Positions 31,138-40,695 of a stretch of 64,000 bases of DNA are shown here, piece by piece. Below the pieces are notes generated by a model. The model saw nothing but the letters and a program-made list of their open reading frames with translations, had not been told where the DNA came from and did no database searches. Position 1 is the stretch's first letter, and each line of letters opens with the position of its first letter. Location of the stretch: the NCBI GenBank assembly GCA_964484505.1, contig CAZAFB010000003.1, positions 37,044 through 101,043 on the forward strand. The letters are read 5' to 3'. Both the position numbers and the translations under genes were made by a program. The DNA is from an uncultured Bdellovibrionales bacterium (lineage in GTDB: Bacteria > Patescibacteriota > Minisyncoccia > Moranbacterales > GWC2-37-73).

Positions 31138-33126
31138 ATGAAAATCAAAATTGTGTGCTTGGCTTTTGCTTTGGTGTTCTTCGCTACAGCAATAAATGCC
31201 GAGGAAATTTCCGATAGCACAAGCGAAAATGTCAAAGAAGGATATGTCGTGCCGGTAATCGTATCTTCTGCCAGTGCAGAAATGCAGGAAGGGAATATTG
31301 CTAAGATTAATTTTAGTGTCAAAAATAGTGGAAAGGAAGCGCAGCGTTTCAGATACAGCACAAATGTCTTGAATGTTAATGGCGATGGTGTTGAACTTTA
31401 TGATCAAAAAAAGTTTGACGAGTTAGTGTTTCTGTTTCCCGGAGAAAACAAAGATTTACAGTTTGAATATGCTTTTTCAGAAAAAGGAAAGCTTGGTAAT
31501 TCTTTTACAGTGAAGATCATTTTGGAAGACTCAAATGGAAAGATTTTGGATATGTATAATGCTGGTATCATTAATTGGGAACCAAAAGAAAAACAAGTCG
31601 TAACAAATAATTCCAATATTGAAAAGAAAGAATCAAGCCTAATGCAAAAGGCTTCGATTGCATTTATTTTTGTTACAGTATTTCTGATAATGTTAGTTTT
31701 ATTTTTGAGGAAAAAAATGGCAAACAGAGCCGCATTGTTCTTGTTTTTTGTCCTTTGCAGTATGCTTCATTTCCAAAAAGCTCAAGCAGTGACTGTAAGT
31801 AGCGGTAGCGGCAGCGTTACCTTTACCTCGTATACCAGGGCTGATGCTTGTCCCAACCCTGGTCCGTTTGTGTGTGTGGCCTCTGGAGTTACTTATAACA
31901 ACGGTCTTGATTATAACTACAGAACAACATCCACGGCCACCATTCCTGGTTATAAGAGGGGTCGTGCGGCAATATACATAGGAACCGAAGCTTCAATTAT
32001 TGACAGTGCAAATCCGATTAATGGAACATACTCGCCACCTACAAGCACTACGCAATTTATAAACAGTGAACCGCCAATTTCTTATTCGGTCACATTTAAT
32101 GGGCAAACCAAGACGGTATTTACAAATGCTACGGCAAGATTTGAATATTGTGGTTCAGGAGCATCCGGATGCGATAATCCCGTTTATTATAATTATGCTT
32201 CTTTTACTTTACCCGCATCTCCAGGTATATATAATGCAAGTTACACCGCTTCATATAATGGCAGGACCAGCAGCGGCACTTTTCCGATAGCCGTAGTTTC
32301 CGAACTTTCAGGAGCTTGTGATAATGGTCCGAATGGCCAAAATAGTGGGGTTCCAAAGTCTACAGCACCAACGTCCTTTTGCAGTTCTGGTTTTTATAAT
32401 AATGATCTTATTTCCAATGCAACCACTTGGAATTGGAGATGTTATGGAGGACTTTCAGTCAATGGCGCAACTGTTGATGCAAACAACCTAGGCGTTTTTG
32501 CAAACTGTAGCGCGAACAAGATCGTGTATAGTTGTACGGCAGGTGCCAGCACGGCAAATGCTGATCCTTGCACGGGTGATAATACAGGCCTTTCGGCCAA
32601 TACTCCGAACACTCTGGTTTCTGCTTGTGGCGTTCCTAAATGTGAATATACCTGTCGTTCAGGATTCACCCTTTATTCCGGAGCTTGCAGAAATATTTGT
32701 GGAAGTGCTAATGGAGGTACTTATTCAACGGCTCCCGCAACAAATCTTTGCGGAACAGGGAGCTCTATCATCGGTACGGTTACTGATTCTGGAACCAATT
32801 GGACTTGGACGTGTGCTGGAACAAGCGATGGCAGGATGAGAAATTGCAGTGCTATAAAAGGAGCTTGTGTTGTGAGCTATAGTGATTATCAGTGCACATA
32901 TAACGATTCAGTCGATTGTCTTGATGAGGCAAATTGTGAACAAACAAATCACAAAACCGTCAATGCATGTTCTGCCCAAAATAGTTGCACTTCTGGTTAT
33001 GATTTACTTACTCCTGCAGATTGCAACAATAACGGAGTCGCTTGTGCGAACAATGACCAAACATGTCCGGATTGTGCGCCAAGCGATCCCACGGGAGAAA
33101 ATGTTTATCGTGAAGTAGCACCATAG
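31138..33126 (+). CDS. Large Cys-rich surface protein, paralog A. Signal peptide, N-domain, TM helix, RKK, internal signal-peptide-like helix, then a Cys/Thr/Ser/Gly-rich C-domain.
   Basis: N-terminal Sec signal (AINA/EE). Mid-protein ASIAFIFVTVFLIMLVLFLRKK-MANRAALFLFFVLCSMLHFQKAQA. The C-domain carries repeated [ST]APxxxLC...TW[TN]WxC boxes and the conserved tail TCPDC...NVYREVAP. Confidence 0.6.
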   Translation: MKIKIVCLAFALVFFATAINAEEISDSTSENVKEGYVVPVIVSSASAEMQEGNIAKINFSVKNSGKEAQRFRYSTNVLNVNGDGVELYDQKKFDELVFLFPGENKDLQFEYAFSEKGKLGNSFTVKIILEDSNGKILDMYNAGIINWEPKEKQVVTNNSNIEKKESSLMQKASIAFIFVTVFLIMLVLFLRKKMANRAALFLFFVLCSMLHFQKAQAVTVSSGSGSVTFTSYTRADACPNPGPFVCVASGVTYNNGLDYNYRTTSTATIPGYKRGRAAIYIGTEASIIDSANPINGTYSPPTSTTQFINSEPPISYSVTFNGQTKTVFTNATARFEYCGSGASGCDNPVYYNYASFTLPASPGIYNASYTASYNGRTSSGTFPIAVVSELSGACDNGPNGQNSGVPKSTAPTSFCSSGFYNNDLISNATTWNWRCYGGLSVNGATVDANNLGVFANCSANKIVYSCTAGASTANADPCTGDNTGLSANTPNTLVSACGVPKCEYTCRSGFTLYSGACRNICGSANGGTYSTAPATNLCGTGSSIIGTVTDSGTNWTWTCAGTSDGRMRNCSAIKGACVVSYSDYQCTYNDSVDCLDEANCEQTNHKTVNACSAQNSCTSGYDLLTPADCNNNGVACANNDQTCPDCAPSDPTGENVYREVAP

Positions 33127-33156
33127 ATAAAACTGCACATAAAAATAGTCTACACA

Positions 33157-33190
33157 CAAAAGCGGGGTGACCCGCTTTTGTCGTCTTTTG
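33157..33190 (+). terminator. Rho-independent terminator
   Basis: AAAAGCGGGGTGACCCGCTTTTGTCGTCTTTTG. Confidence 0.65.
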
Positions 33191-33308
33191 CATGCAATGA
33201 ACCCTTGCGGTTTGCTGTGGATAACTCGTTAACTTTTTTTTCGCAGCCTTTTGTTGTATAATAAGCCTATAATAATAAAAAAATATTTATAAAAAATAAA
33301 CCAAAATT

Positions 33309-36086
33309 ATGAAAACAAAAATACTTTGGCTGGTTTTTGCTGCCGCTCTCTTTGTGGCACAAAACAATGTTTTGGCTGAAGAGAAACTTTCCGATGAACA
33401 AATCAGGGCCGACATGGAAGCTAAAATGAAGAATCAGTACGGAGACTTGGTGAAGCTGAACACTGACCAGCAGGGTCAAGCAACAAAAATAGCCTCGACA
33501 GATGTTTACAACGTCCAAATTTTGGAAAATAACGGGACGGAAGCTACTGTCGGTTTTGATGTCTACAATAAAGAAGGCATCCAATCCCAGATAAAATATG
33601 CTGCCAAATTATTTAAGGAAACGGAAAACAGCTCGCAGCTTGTTGATTTCAAAGTATATGACGAGTTGTTATCAGTTGGCAACGAGGAACAGATTCATAG
33701 AGAAATAAGGTATGAACTGCCTAATTATTTGAATGGTAAATTTAAATTGTATGTGGAATTGCAAAACAGTGAGGGCATGCTCCTTTCTCTTTCGCCGGCA
33801 GGTGATGTAGATTTGAAGCCTGCTAATGGGTACATTTCCATCGATGAAAGCAGTTGCTATCTTTTCATCGGAGAGGATAGCCAAAATAAATATAATCTTG
33901 TTCAGGGCGTAGACGTGGCTTCTTCCGAGAAACTCACATTGAATTGTGATATTGAGAACAAAGCCGGAGCTGAAAAAACCCTGACCCCAAATATCTCGTC
34001 ATATTACAGAAATATTTTTGGTGAAAAGAGATCTTCGGCTGATTTGGATAACATTATTCTTGAATCAGGCAAAAAAGTGGAAAAGCAGTTCGTCATTCCC
34101 AAGCCTGAAGCGCCCCAAGCTTATGATACTGTCCTTTCTTTGGTTGGCGAGGATGGGAAAATAGCCTCAAATAAAATTATTGTTCATTATGTGGTCCAGG
34201 GTCCCAGTGGAACTATTCAAAACATTATATTTGACAAAGACAAGTATCTCAAAGGAGAAGTTTCCAAGATAAATTTTGCATATTTTGACAGTGCTGACAG
34301 TTTCACTGGTTCTCGCGCTGGCACGGCGAATATAAAAGAAGCGGTTGCTTTTATAAAAATTGCTGACGGCTTTGGCAAGTCATGTGGAAAAATGGTTGAA
34401 AAAAACATTGAAAAAAGCAACGGACTCATCAGTGCAGATTATTCAATGGAAAAAGATTGCAATTACCCGCAAGCTGAAATAACGGTCAAGGATCCGGAAG
34501 GACGTGTTTTGGCGCAGACAATCTTTAAAATGAAAACAGATAACTTGGAGCATGAAAGTGAAGTGTCGAAACTGTCTGAAACGGTAGCCTCCAAGAAATT
34601 ATTGCTTATTGTTTTAATCATCTTGCTTGCAATATCTTTGGCGATAGTTTTCACAGTAAGATCAAGAAAAGCGAAGATAGCATCCCTCGCGTTGTTTCTA
34701 GCTGGAAATATGTTTTTATTGGGAGCAGGAAAAGCAAGTGCTGACAGCTACACGCTGAGCATGCATTATTATGTCTATGGCTATTCTTGTCCAGTTTCCG
34801 TTGAATGTCATAAGGCCCCAATAAATCTGTCTTCTCGCTTGGCTGCTGACCATATTAATTTCGGAAGTTGTACTTATACTGCGATACATGAATCCAATGA
34901 GACAATGAATGGAAGTTTTGTTGTGCCACCGACTGTTGCTCCCGGAGCTACTTTTCCTGTAACGGTTGGCTTATACAATCCTAAGTGCGTAAATACTGTT
35001 CCTGTGCAAGTCACTGTTGCCGGTTATGTGCCAAACGGATTCGGTAATTTTGACAAAGAAGTAACATTCTTCGGTACCAGCTGGGCTCAGCGAGCAGAGG
35101 ATGGACTTGTCATTGCAGGAGGAACTTCCGTCAGTAAAACGATCAACGCCATTGCACCGAATACCCCGGGTGATTACATTGTGAGATTTTATGTATTCGG
35201 TTCTCCTGATCCTGATAGTGTATATAATGCGTTTAAGAACTGTGGTGCTCATCCTCAATTGAGTGGGGCAATCAGTGCAACTGCTACAATAATAGATGTG
35301 AAATATAAAGTTGTTGTTCCTACTCCAGTAAATGGTGTTTGTGGATCATCTAACGGAGGATCATTTACTACGGCTCCAACAAGCGGACTTTGCAATACAA
35401 CCGCTACGACTCCAACAGTGGCAGATAGCGGTACTTCTTGGACATGGAAATGTACGGGAAGCGGAGGGGGAACAGATGCATCTTGTAGTGCAAGTAAATT
35501 AGCAGCTTCTTGCACCGGCTCCGTTCCGACAAACGCGGGTGCATATGATGCCGAAGAAAGCAGTGGCTTGGCTGTTAGTACCTCTTGGGCATATTCAGCT
35601 ACTGATACAGCGACAAAATGTCAATACAGGTGCACTGCCGGAAGTTGGATGGGTTCTTATTGCGGCTACAATTGCGGTGGGTCAATTCCGACCAATGGTC
35701 AATCATATGGCGCAACTGAGACCTCGAGCATATTTTCTCCAACTTCATGGTCTTATTCCGGATCGAACACTGCAACTAAATGCCAATTTTACTGTCAGGC
35801 AGGCACAAGCTGGGATGGTTCCGGTTGTGTAAATGGAAGTTGTACCTACAGCGGGCATACTTGTAGCTACAGCAATTCCGTAGATTGTTCAGACTCTGCT
35901 AATTGCGGACAAACCAACAATCAAACAGCATTTTGCTTGGCCGCAAACAGTTGCACGGGCAGCACGGATACGTTATCTGCAGCAGCTTGCACTGCCGCGG
36001 GAGTTTCATGTTCTGACAAAACTGAAACTTGTCCGGCATGCAGCGGAGGATCTGGTGATAATACGTATAGGGAAGTGCTGCCATAA
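33309..36086 (+). CDS. Large Cys-rich surface protein, paralog B, with the same domain grammar and a longer N-domain
   Basis: Signal peptide, about 440 aa N-domain, TM LLLIVLIILLAISLAIVFTV, RSRKAK, IASLALFLAGNMFLLGAGKASA, then a Cys-rich domain ending TCPACSGGSGDNTYREVLP. Shares the CGSxNGG...SGTxWTWxC box with paralog A. Confidence 0.6.
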   Translation: MKTKILWLVFAAALFVAQNNVLAEEKLSDEQIRADMEAKMKNQYGDLVKLNTDQQGQATKIASTDVYNVQILENNGTEATVGFDVYNKEGIQSQIKYAAKLFKETENSSQLVDFKVYDELLSVGNEEQIHREIRYELPNYLNGKFKLYVELQNSEGMLLSLSPAGDVDLKPANGYISIDESSCYLFIGEDSQNKYNLVQGVDVASSEKLTLNCDIENKAGAEKTLTPNISSYYRNIFGEKRSSADLDNIILESGKKVEKQFVIPKPEAPQAYDTVLSLVGEDGKIASNKIIVHYVVQGPSGTIQNIIFDKDKYLKGEVSKINFAYFDSADSFTGSRAGTANIKEAVAFIKIADGFGKSCGKMVEKNIEKSNGLISADYSMEKDCNYPQAEITVKDPEGRVLAQTIFKMKTDNLEHESEVSKLSETVASKKLLLIVLIILLAISLAIVFTVRSRKAKIASLALFLAGNMFLLGAGKASADSYTLSMHYYVYGYSCPVSVECHKAPINLSSRLAADHINFGSCTYTAIHESNETMNGSFVVPPTVAPGATFPVTVGLYNPKCVNTVPVQVTVAGYVPNGFGNFDKEVTFFGTSWAQRAEDGLVIAGGTSVSKTINAIAPNTPGDYIVRFYVFGSPDPDSVYNAFKNCGAHPQLSGAISATATIIDVKYKVVVPTPVNGVCGSSNGGSFTTAPTSGLCNTTATTPTVADSGTSWTWKCTGSGGGTDASCSASKLAASCTGSVPTNAGAYDAEESSGLAVSTSWAYSATDTATKCQYRCTAGSWMGSYCGYNCGGSIPTNGQSYGATETSSIFSPTSWSYSGSNTATKCQFYCQAGTSWDGSGCVNGSCTYSGHTCSYSNSVDCSDSANCGQTNNQTAFCLAANSCTGSTDTLSAAACTAAGVSCSDKTETCPACSGGSGDNTYREVLP

Positions 36087-36108
36087 GGGTAAAAAATTAC
36101 TTTGCTTT

Positions 36109-36146
36109 GACACTCGATGCTCCCAAGAGACATCGAGTGTCTGTTT
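36109..36146 (+). terminator. Rho-independent terminator (11-bp perfect stem GACACTCGATG / CATCGAGTGTC)
   Basis: Hairpin followed by TGTTT. Confidence 0.6.
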
Positions 36147-36415
36147 AAGGATATTAAATCGGGGTTGTTAACTGTGGATAACTATAAAAAAAGGCTTTAT
36201 TAAGGGAAAATAATCTCTTATCTTTAGGTTAACTTTGCTAATGTTGACAAGTTTTGGCTTGTTTGATATCATATCCATACGTTCTAAAAAACAATATAAC
36301 GCAAAGATAGATACAAGAGGTTTGCCAAGGTGATTGCAAGCATTTGGATAGAATTCCGGCGAGTCACCCTCTCTTTTTGGGTTGGCGTTAAACAGACAAT
36401 ATTTTGCAATAAAAT

Positions 36416-36634
36416 ATGAGTTCAAACAAAGAACTGATCAAACTGGAAGGAACTGTAGTGGAGACGTTGCCAAGCACTACTTTTCGCGTGAAATTGGACA
36501 ACGGGCATGAAGTCTTGGCGCACATTTCAGGAAGGATGCGAGTGAATTATATCCGCTTGCTTCCTGGTGATAGGGTGCTGCTGGAAATGAGCCCCTATGA
36601 TTTAACCAAGGGGAGAGTGATTCAACGAATGTAA
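36416..36634 (+). CDS. infA: Translation initiation factor IF-1
   Basis: S1-like OB fold; 72 aa. Confidence 0.9.
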   Translation: MSSNKELIKLEGTVVETLPSTTFRVKLDNGHEVLAHISGRMRVNYIRLLPGDRVLLEMSPYDLTKGRVIQRM

Positions 36635-36729
36635 AATTAAAGGAAAAACGCAGAAGAAAACAGAAAAACACAGAGACACAGAATTTCAGTGTCATTCTGC
36701 AAGCTTCTGTGTAATTCTGTAATAGCTAT

Positions 36730-36843
36730 ATGAAAGTACGAGCATCAGTGAAAAAAATATGTGCCAAGTGCAAGATAGTAAAGCGCAGAGGAAAACTCTA
36801 TGTGATTTGCGTTACTCCTAAGCACAAGCAACGCCAAGGATAA
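36730..36843 (+). CDS. rpmJ: 50S ribosomal protein L36
   Basis: Manual translation [37 protein letters not shown], 37 aa with the C-x2-C...C...H zinc ribbon. It is below the ORF-track length cutoff. Confidence 0.85.
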   Translation: MKVRASVKKICAKCKIVKRRGKLYVICVTPKHKQRQG

Positions 36844-36951
36844 AAATCGCGAATTGACGCAAATGGAATCGCGAATAATCGCGAATATATCAGCGGTGGT
36901 TATTAGTGAATATTGGAGATAAATTAGTGTAAATTAGTGATTTATAAAATT
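36844..36951 (+). repeat. r-protein leader repeat copy 1 (CGCGAAT and AATTAGTG words)
   Basis: AATCGCGAAT x3, then ATAAATTAGTGTAAATTAGTGATTTATAAAATT immediately before the rpsM ATG. Confidence 0.7.
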
Positions 36952-37338
36952 ATGGTACGTATCGCAGGAATAAATTTGCCGGACGAAAAGCGCATTGACA
37001 TCGCGCTTACCTATATATACGGCATCGGAGACACGACAAGTAATCGCATTTTGGAAGGTTTGGGAATCGACAAGTCTTTGCGCACCAAGGATCTGAGCGC
37101 TGACCAAGCAAACAAGATCCGCGAAGAGGTGGAAAAGAAATATCGCGTGGAAGGAGAACTCAAACATGAGGTAAAGATGAACATCAAACGTCTCAAGGAA
37201 ATTGGTTGCTATCGTGGCTCACGCCATCAGAAAGGTCTTCCGGTAAACGGACAGCGCACCAAAACCAATAGTCGCACCGTTCGCGGTAATGTTCGTCGCA
37301 CGATGGGAAGCGGCCGCAGATCGGAATCTAAGACATAA
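36952..37338 (+). CDS. rpsM: 30S ribosomal protein S13
   Basis: MVRIAGINLP N-terminus. Confidence 0.9.
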   Translation: MVRIAGINLPDEKRIDIALTYIYGIGDTTSNRILEGLGIDKSLRTKDLSADQANKIREEVEKKYRVEGELKHEVKMNIKRLKEIGCYRGSRHQKGLPVNGQRTKTNSRTVRGNVRRTMGSGRRSESKT

Positions 37339-37445
37339 TGATAAAAATCGCGAATCGACTCTAATATAGTCTCGAATAATCGCGAATGTTTTATTAGGGA
37401 TAATTAGTGAATTAATTCGTGTTGATTAGAGATTCATATCATCAT
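37339..37445 (+). repeat. r-protein leader repeat copy 2
   Basis: AAATCGCGAATCGACTCTAATATAGTCTCGAATAATCGCGAATG ... ATAATTAGTGAATTAATTCGTGTTGATTAGAGATTC. Confidence 0.7.
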
Positions 37446-37925
37446 ATGGCAGAAGAAAATAAGACAACAGAAGAAGTGATGGAAAAAGTCGAGGTTGCAA
37501 CCGAAGCTCCTGCTGAAGAAATTCAGACTCAGGAAACTGCTGCGGAAGCTAAGAAAAAAAAGAAGAAGCTCAAAAGGCAAATTTTGAAGGGGCAGGCTCA
37601 TATCCATTGCACATACAATAACACCAAGGTTGCTTTGTCTGACATTAATGGTTCTATTCTTGGCTGGTCAAGTTCCGGCCTGCTCGGTTTCAAAGGAGCA
37701 AAGAAAGCTACTCCCTATGCTGCAGCGCAGGTGGTTGCCGATGTGTCGGAAAAGGTGAAGAAATATGGCTTACAAGAATTGGAAGTATATGTGAAAGGTG
37801 TCGGTAGCGGAAGAGAATCTTCAATTAGAGCTTTGGCTAACCGCGGTTTTGAACTGGTTTCAATCAAGGACATTACTCCGATCCCGCACAACGGATGTAA
37901 GGCAAAGAAACCTCGTAGAGTCTAG
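37446..37925 (+). CDS. rpsK: 30S ribosomal protein S11 with a Glu/Lys-rich N-terminal extension
   Basis: S11 core HIHCTYNNTKVALSD ... GFKGAKKATPYAA after an approximately 45 aa acidic/K-rich tail. Confidence 0.9.
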   Translation: MAEENKTTEEVMEKVEVATEAPAEEIQTQETAAEAKKKKKKLKRQILKGQAHIHCTYNNTKVALSDINGSILGWSSSGLLGFKGAKKATPYAAAQVVADVSEKVKKYGLQELEVYVKGVGSGRESSIRALANRGFELVSIKDITPIPHNGCKAKKPRRV

Positions 37926-38032
37926 AGGATATCAGTCGCGAATCGACACTAATTAGTCTCGAATAATCGCGAATGTGAATTTATTAGAGATAATTAGTGA
38001 TAAATTAGTGTAAATTAGAGATTTATAACATT
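37926..38032 (+). repeat. r-protein leader repeat copy 3
   Basis: GGATATCAGTCGCGAATCGACACTAATTAGTCTCGAATAATCGCGAATG ... GATAAATTAGTGTAAATTAGAGATTTATAACATT, then ATG. Confidence 0.7.
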
Positions 38033-38665
38033 ATGGCACGTGATTTAGGATCAAAATGCAAGAAATGCCGTCGCGCATCAGAAAAACTCTTCCTTAAGGG
38101 TGAACGTTGTGCTTCTCCCAAGTGCGCTATGGTCAGAAGGCCATATGCTCCGGGAGCGCATGGTAAAAGTGTTTCCAGAGGCGCAAGTGAATATGGCAAA
38201 CAGTTGGCAATGAAACAAAAAATCAAGCGCATCTATGGTGTGCTCGAAAGGCAATTCCGCAAGCATTATGAAGAAATCAGCGGCAAGCAAGGAGTTACCG
38301 GTGATTTGCTCATGGCTCGTTTGGAAATGCGTCTCGATAATGTGGTTCGCCGCATGGGATTTGCCAGCGCGCCGTCACTTGCAAGACAGTTGGTTAATCA
38401 TGGATCATTCATGGTTAACGGCAAGCGTGTCACTATTCCTTCCTATGAAGTGAAAATCGGTGATGTTATCTCCATCAATCCTTTGAAAGCTGAGAATGTA
38501 TATTTCAATAATCAAAAACAGTGGATCCAAAATAAAAAGGATGTTCCAGCTTGGCTTCTGCTGGATGGTGCGAAATTGGAAGGAAAAATCGTGTCTGTTC
38601 CAAGTCGCGAGGATGTAGGCGTGCACGTCGATCCTCAGATGGTAGTTGAATATTATTCTCGCTAA
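38033..38665 (+). CDS. rpsD: 30S ribosomal protein S4
   Basis: N-terminal zinc knuckle CKKCRR ... CASPKC and S4 domain. Confidence 0.9.
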   Translation: MARDLGSKCKKCRRASEKLFLKGERCASPKCAMVRRPYAPGAHGKSVSRGASEYGKQLAMKQKIKRIYGVLERQFRKHYEEISGKQGVTGDLLMARLEMRLDNVVRRMGFASAPSLARQLVNHGSFMVNGKRVTIPSYEVKIGDVISINPLKAENVYFNNQKQWIQNKKDVPAWLLLDGAKLEGKIVSVPSREDVGVHVDPQMVVEYYSR

Positions 38666-38739
38666 ATTTTTACTACAAACTAACTTCATAAGTAAACGTG
38701 TTCTTTGCGCCTGGGCGCGATCAGCATGTTCCAAAGGCT

Positions 38740-39720
38740 ATGCAGGGAGTATCGCTTCCTCAAAAACCAAAGTATATTCCTGTCGATGACCACAGCGGCA
38801 AGTTTGAAATCCTCGGATGCTATCCGGGATATGGCGCTACCTTGGGTAACGCCCTTCGTCGTGTGCTGCTCTCTTCTTTGGAAGGGGCTGCTGTCACTTC
38901 AGTTAAGATCAAAGGTGTTTCCCATGAATTTTCCACCATTAGTGGTGTAATGGAAGATGTGGTTCAGATTGTGCTTAATCTCAAAAAAATTCGCTTTAAG
39001 ATGTATTCAGACGAGCCGGTGAAAGTTTCTCTCAAATCAAAAGGGGAAGGTCCGGTGACTGCAGGCAGCATTGTTTGCCCTTCCAGCGTGGAAGTGGTAA
39101 ATGGCGAACAAATAATCGCAACCGTTACTGACAAGAAGACTGAACTGGAGATGGAATTGGAAGTAGGTAAGGGCTTGGGATATATTCCAATTGAACAACA
39201 GGAACGCCCGGATAAGGAAATCGGAGTTATTGCAATCGACGCGGTGTACACCCCGATTCGTCGTGTAAATTATGAAGTTGAGAACATGCGTGTAGGAAAG
39301 CGCACTGATTTCAATAAGATAACCTTGGAAATCGTAACCGATGGCAGCATTACGCCAGAAGAAGCGTTCGATAAGTCCGTGAGGATACTGATCGAGCAAT
39401 TCTCGACGCTGGCTCAAATCGAAGTCGTTTCCGAGAAGGCTGAAGAGGAAGAAGAAGTTAAAGAAGCAGAAGCAGTGAAAGAAACATCTTCTGAAAAAAA
39501 AGAGGAAGAGCAGGAGGATCCGCTGAAGCTAAAACTTGTTGATCTGAAGGGAATTTCCACCCGTACGGCAAATGTCCTGGAAATCCACAAGATCGTCAAG
39601 ATCAAGGACGTGGTCAAATTCACTGAAGAAAAACTTCTCGAACTGGAAGGAATGGGAGAGAAGGGAGCCAAGGAAATCAAGAAGGCGATTGGTGAATTCG
39701 GTCTTACATTAAAGCAATAA
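38740..39720 (+). CDS. rpoA: DNA-directed RNA polymerase alpha subunit
   Basis: Alpha NTD (GYGATLGNALRRVLLSS) and CTD. The 38740 start is chosen in frame with the longer ORF. Confidence 0.9.
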   Translation: MQGVSLPQKPKYIPVDDHSGKFEILGCYPGYGATLGNALRRVLLSSLEGAAVTSVKIKGVSHEFSTISGVMEDVVQIVLNLKKIRFKMYSDEPVKVSLKSKGEGPVTAGSIVCPSSVEVVNGEQIIATVTDKKTELEMELEVGKGLGYIPIEQQERPDKEIGVIAIDAVYTPIRRVNYEVENMRVGKRTDFNKITLEIVTDGSITPEEAFDKSVRILIEQFSTLAQIEVVSEKAEEEEEVKEAEAVKETSSEKKEEEQEDPLKLKLVDLKGISTRTANVLEIHKIVKIKDVVKFTEEKLLELEGMGEKGAKEIKKAIGEFGLTLKQ

Positions 39721-39835
39721 GGATATAAATCGCGAATCGACGCGGATTTAATCCCGAATTATCGCGAATAGCGATGCGAATTGATTCATTAGAGATTATT
39801 AGCGATAAATTAGTGTTGATTAGGGATTTAATTAT
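39721..39835 (+). repeat. r-protein leader repeat copy 4
   Basis: GGATATAAATCGCGAATCGACGCGGATTTAATCCCGAATTATCGCGAATAGCG ... GATAAATTAGTGTTGATTAGGGATTTAATTAT. Confidence 0.7.
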
Positions 39836-40201
39836 ATGAAACATAGAGTAACAGGAAGAAAATTTAGCAGAAAGAAAGGTCCGCGTGAGGCGATGATCAA
39901 GACTTTGCTCGGTAGCATTATTGTGCGTGAGCGCGTTACTACCACTGAGGCGAAAGCCAAGGAAGCAAAGCCAAAAATTGATCGTTTGATCACCAAAGCG
40001 AAAAAAATGAAAGCCGATCCAGCTAAGAGCACCGCAGTGATTCGCGATTTGCGTAAGCACTTGCCTTTGCCTGCTGTGAAGAAGCTTTCCGGAGAATTCC
40101 TGGATCGTTTCCGGGCTCGCCAAAGTGGCTATACCAGAATAACCAAGCTGGAGCAAAGAAAAAGCGATGGCGCAAGAATGGCCGTGATAGAATTCGTTTA
40201 A
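39836..40201 (+). CDS. rplQ: 50S ribosomal protein L17
   Basis: MKHRVTGRKFSRKKGPREAM. Confidence 0.9.
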   Translation: MKHRVTGRKFSRKKGPREAMIKTLLGSIIVRERVTTTEAKAKEAKPKIDRLITKAKKMKADPAKSTAVIRDLRKHLPLPAVKKLSGEFLDRFRARQSGYTRITKLEQRKSDGARMAVIEFV

Positions 40202-40308
40202 GATCGCGAATGATCACGAATAAAATTTCGCGAATTTACACGAATGACTTGCTGAAATTATTCGAGATTATTAATGATAAATTAGTGTAAATTAGCGAAT
40301 AAATTAAT
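40202..40308 (+). repeat. r-protein leader repeat copy 5 (more diverged)
   Basis: GATCGCGAATGATCACGAATAAAATTTCGCGAATTTACACGAATG ... GATAAATTAGTGTAAATTAGCGAATAAATTAAT. Confidence 0.65.
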
Positions 40309-40695
40309 ATGAAGAGACAATATCATTTATTTGATGCGAAAGGGAAGAGGCTGGGAAGACTGGCTACTGAAATCGCAACCGTTTTGAGCGGCAAAGGAAA
40401 AGTTGACTTTACCCCGCATATTGACGGAGGAGACACTGTGGTTGTGATTAATGCAGCTGAAATTGCAGTTACCGGAAACAAGATGACCGACAAGATATAT
40501 CACAGTTTCAGCGGTTATCCGGGTGGAATCACTTCAATCGCGCTGCGCGACCTGCTCAAGAAGGATGCTCGCAAAGTGATTCAAAACGCAGTATATGGCA
40601 TGCTTCCGAAAAACAAATTGCGCGACAAGATGATGACGCGTTTGTTTGTCTACGCTGATAGCGAGCACAAGCATGGAATAGACATTACACATTAA
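40309..40695 (+). CDS. rplM: 50S ribosomal protein L13
   Basis: L13 fold; 128 aa. Confidence 0.9.
   Translation: MKRQYHLFDAKGKRLGRLATEIATVLSGKGKVDFTPHIDGGDTVVVINAAEIAVTGNKMTDKIYHSFSGYPGGITSIALRDLLKKDARKVIQNAVYGMLPKNKLRDKMMTRLFVYADSEHKHGIDITH

Noticed and set aside
31700-31760. Paralog A as two separate genes joined by a sequencing frameshift or a missing stop
   Set aside because: There is no stop codon in frame. Paralog B has the identical TM-basic-loop-hydrophobic-helix junction without any internal start codon, so the fusion is a conserved feature.
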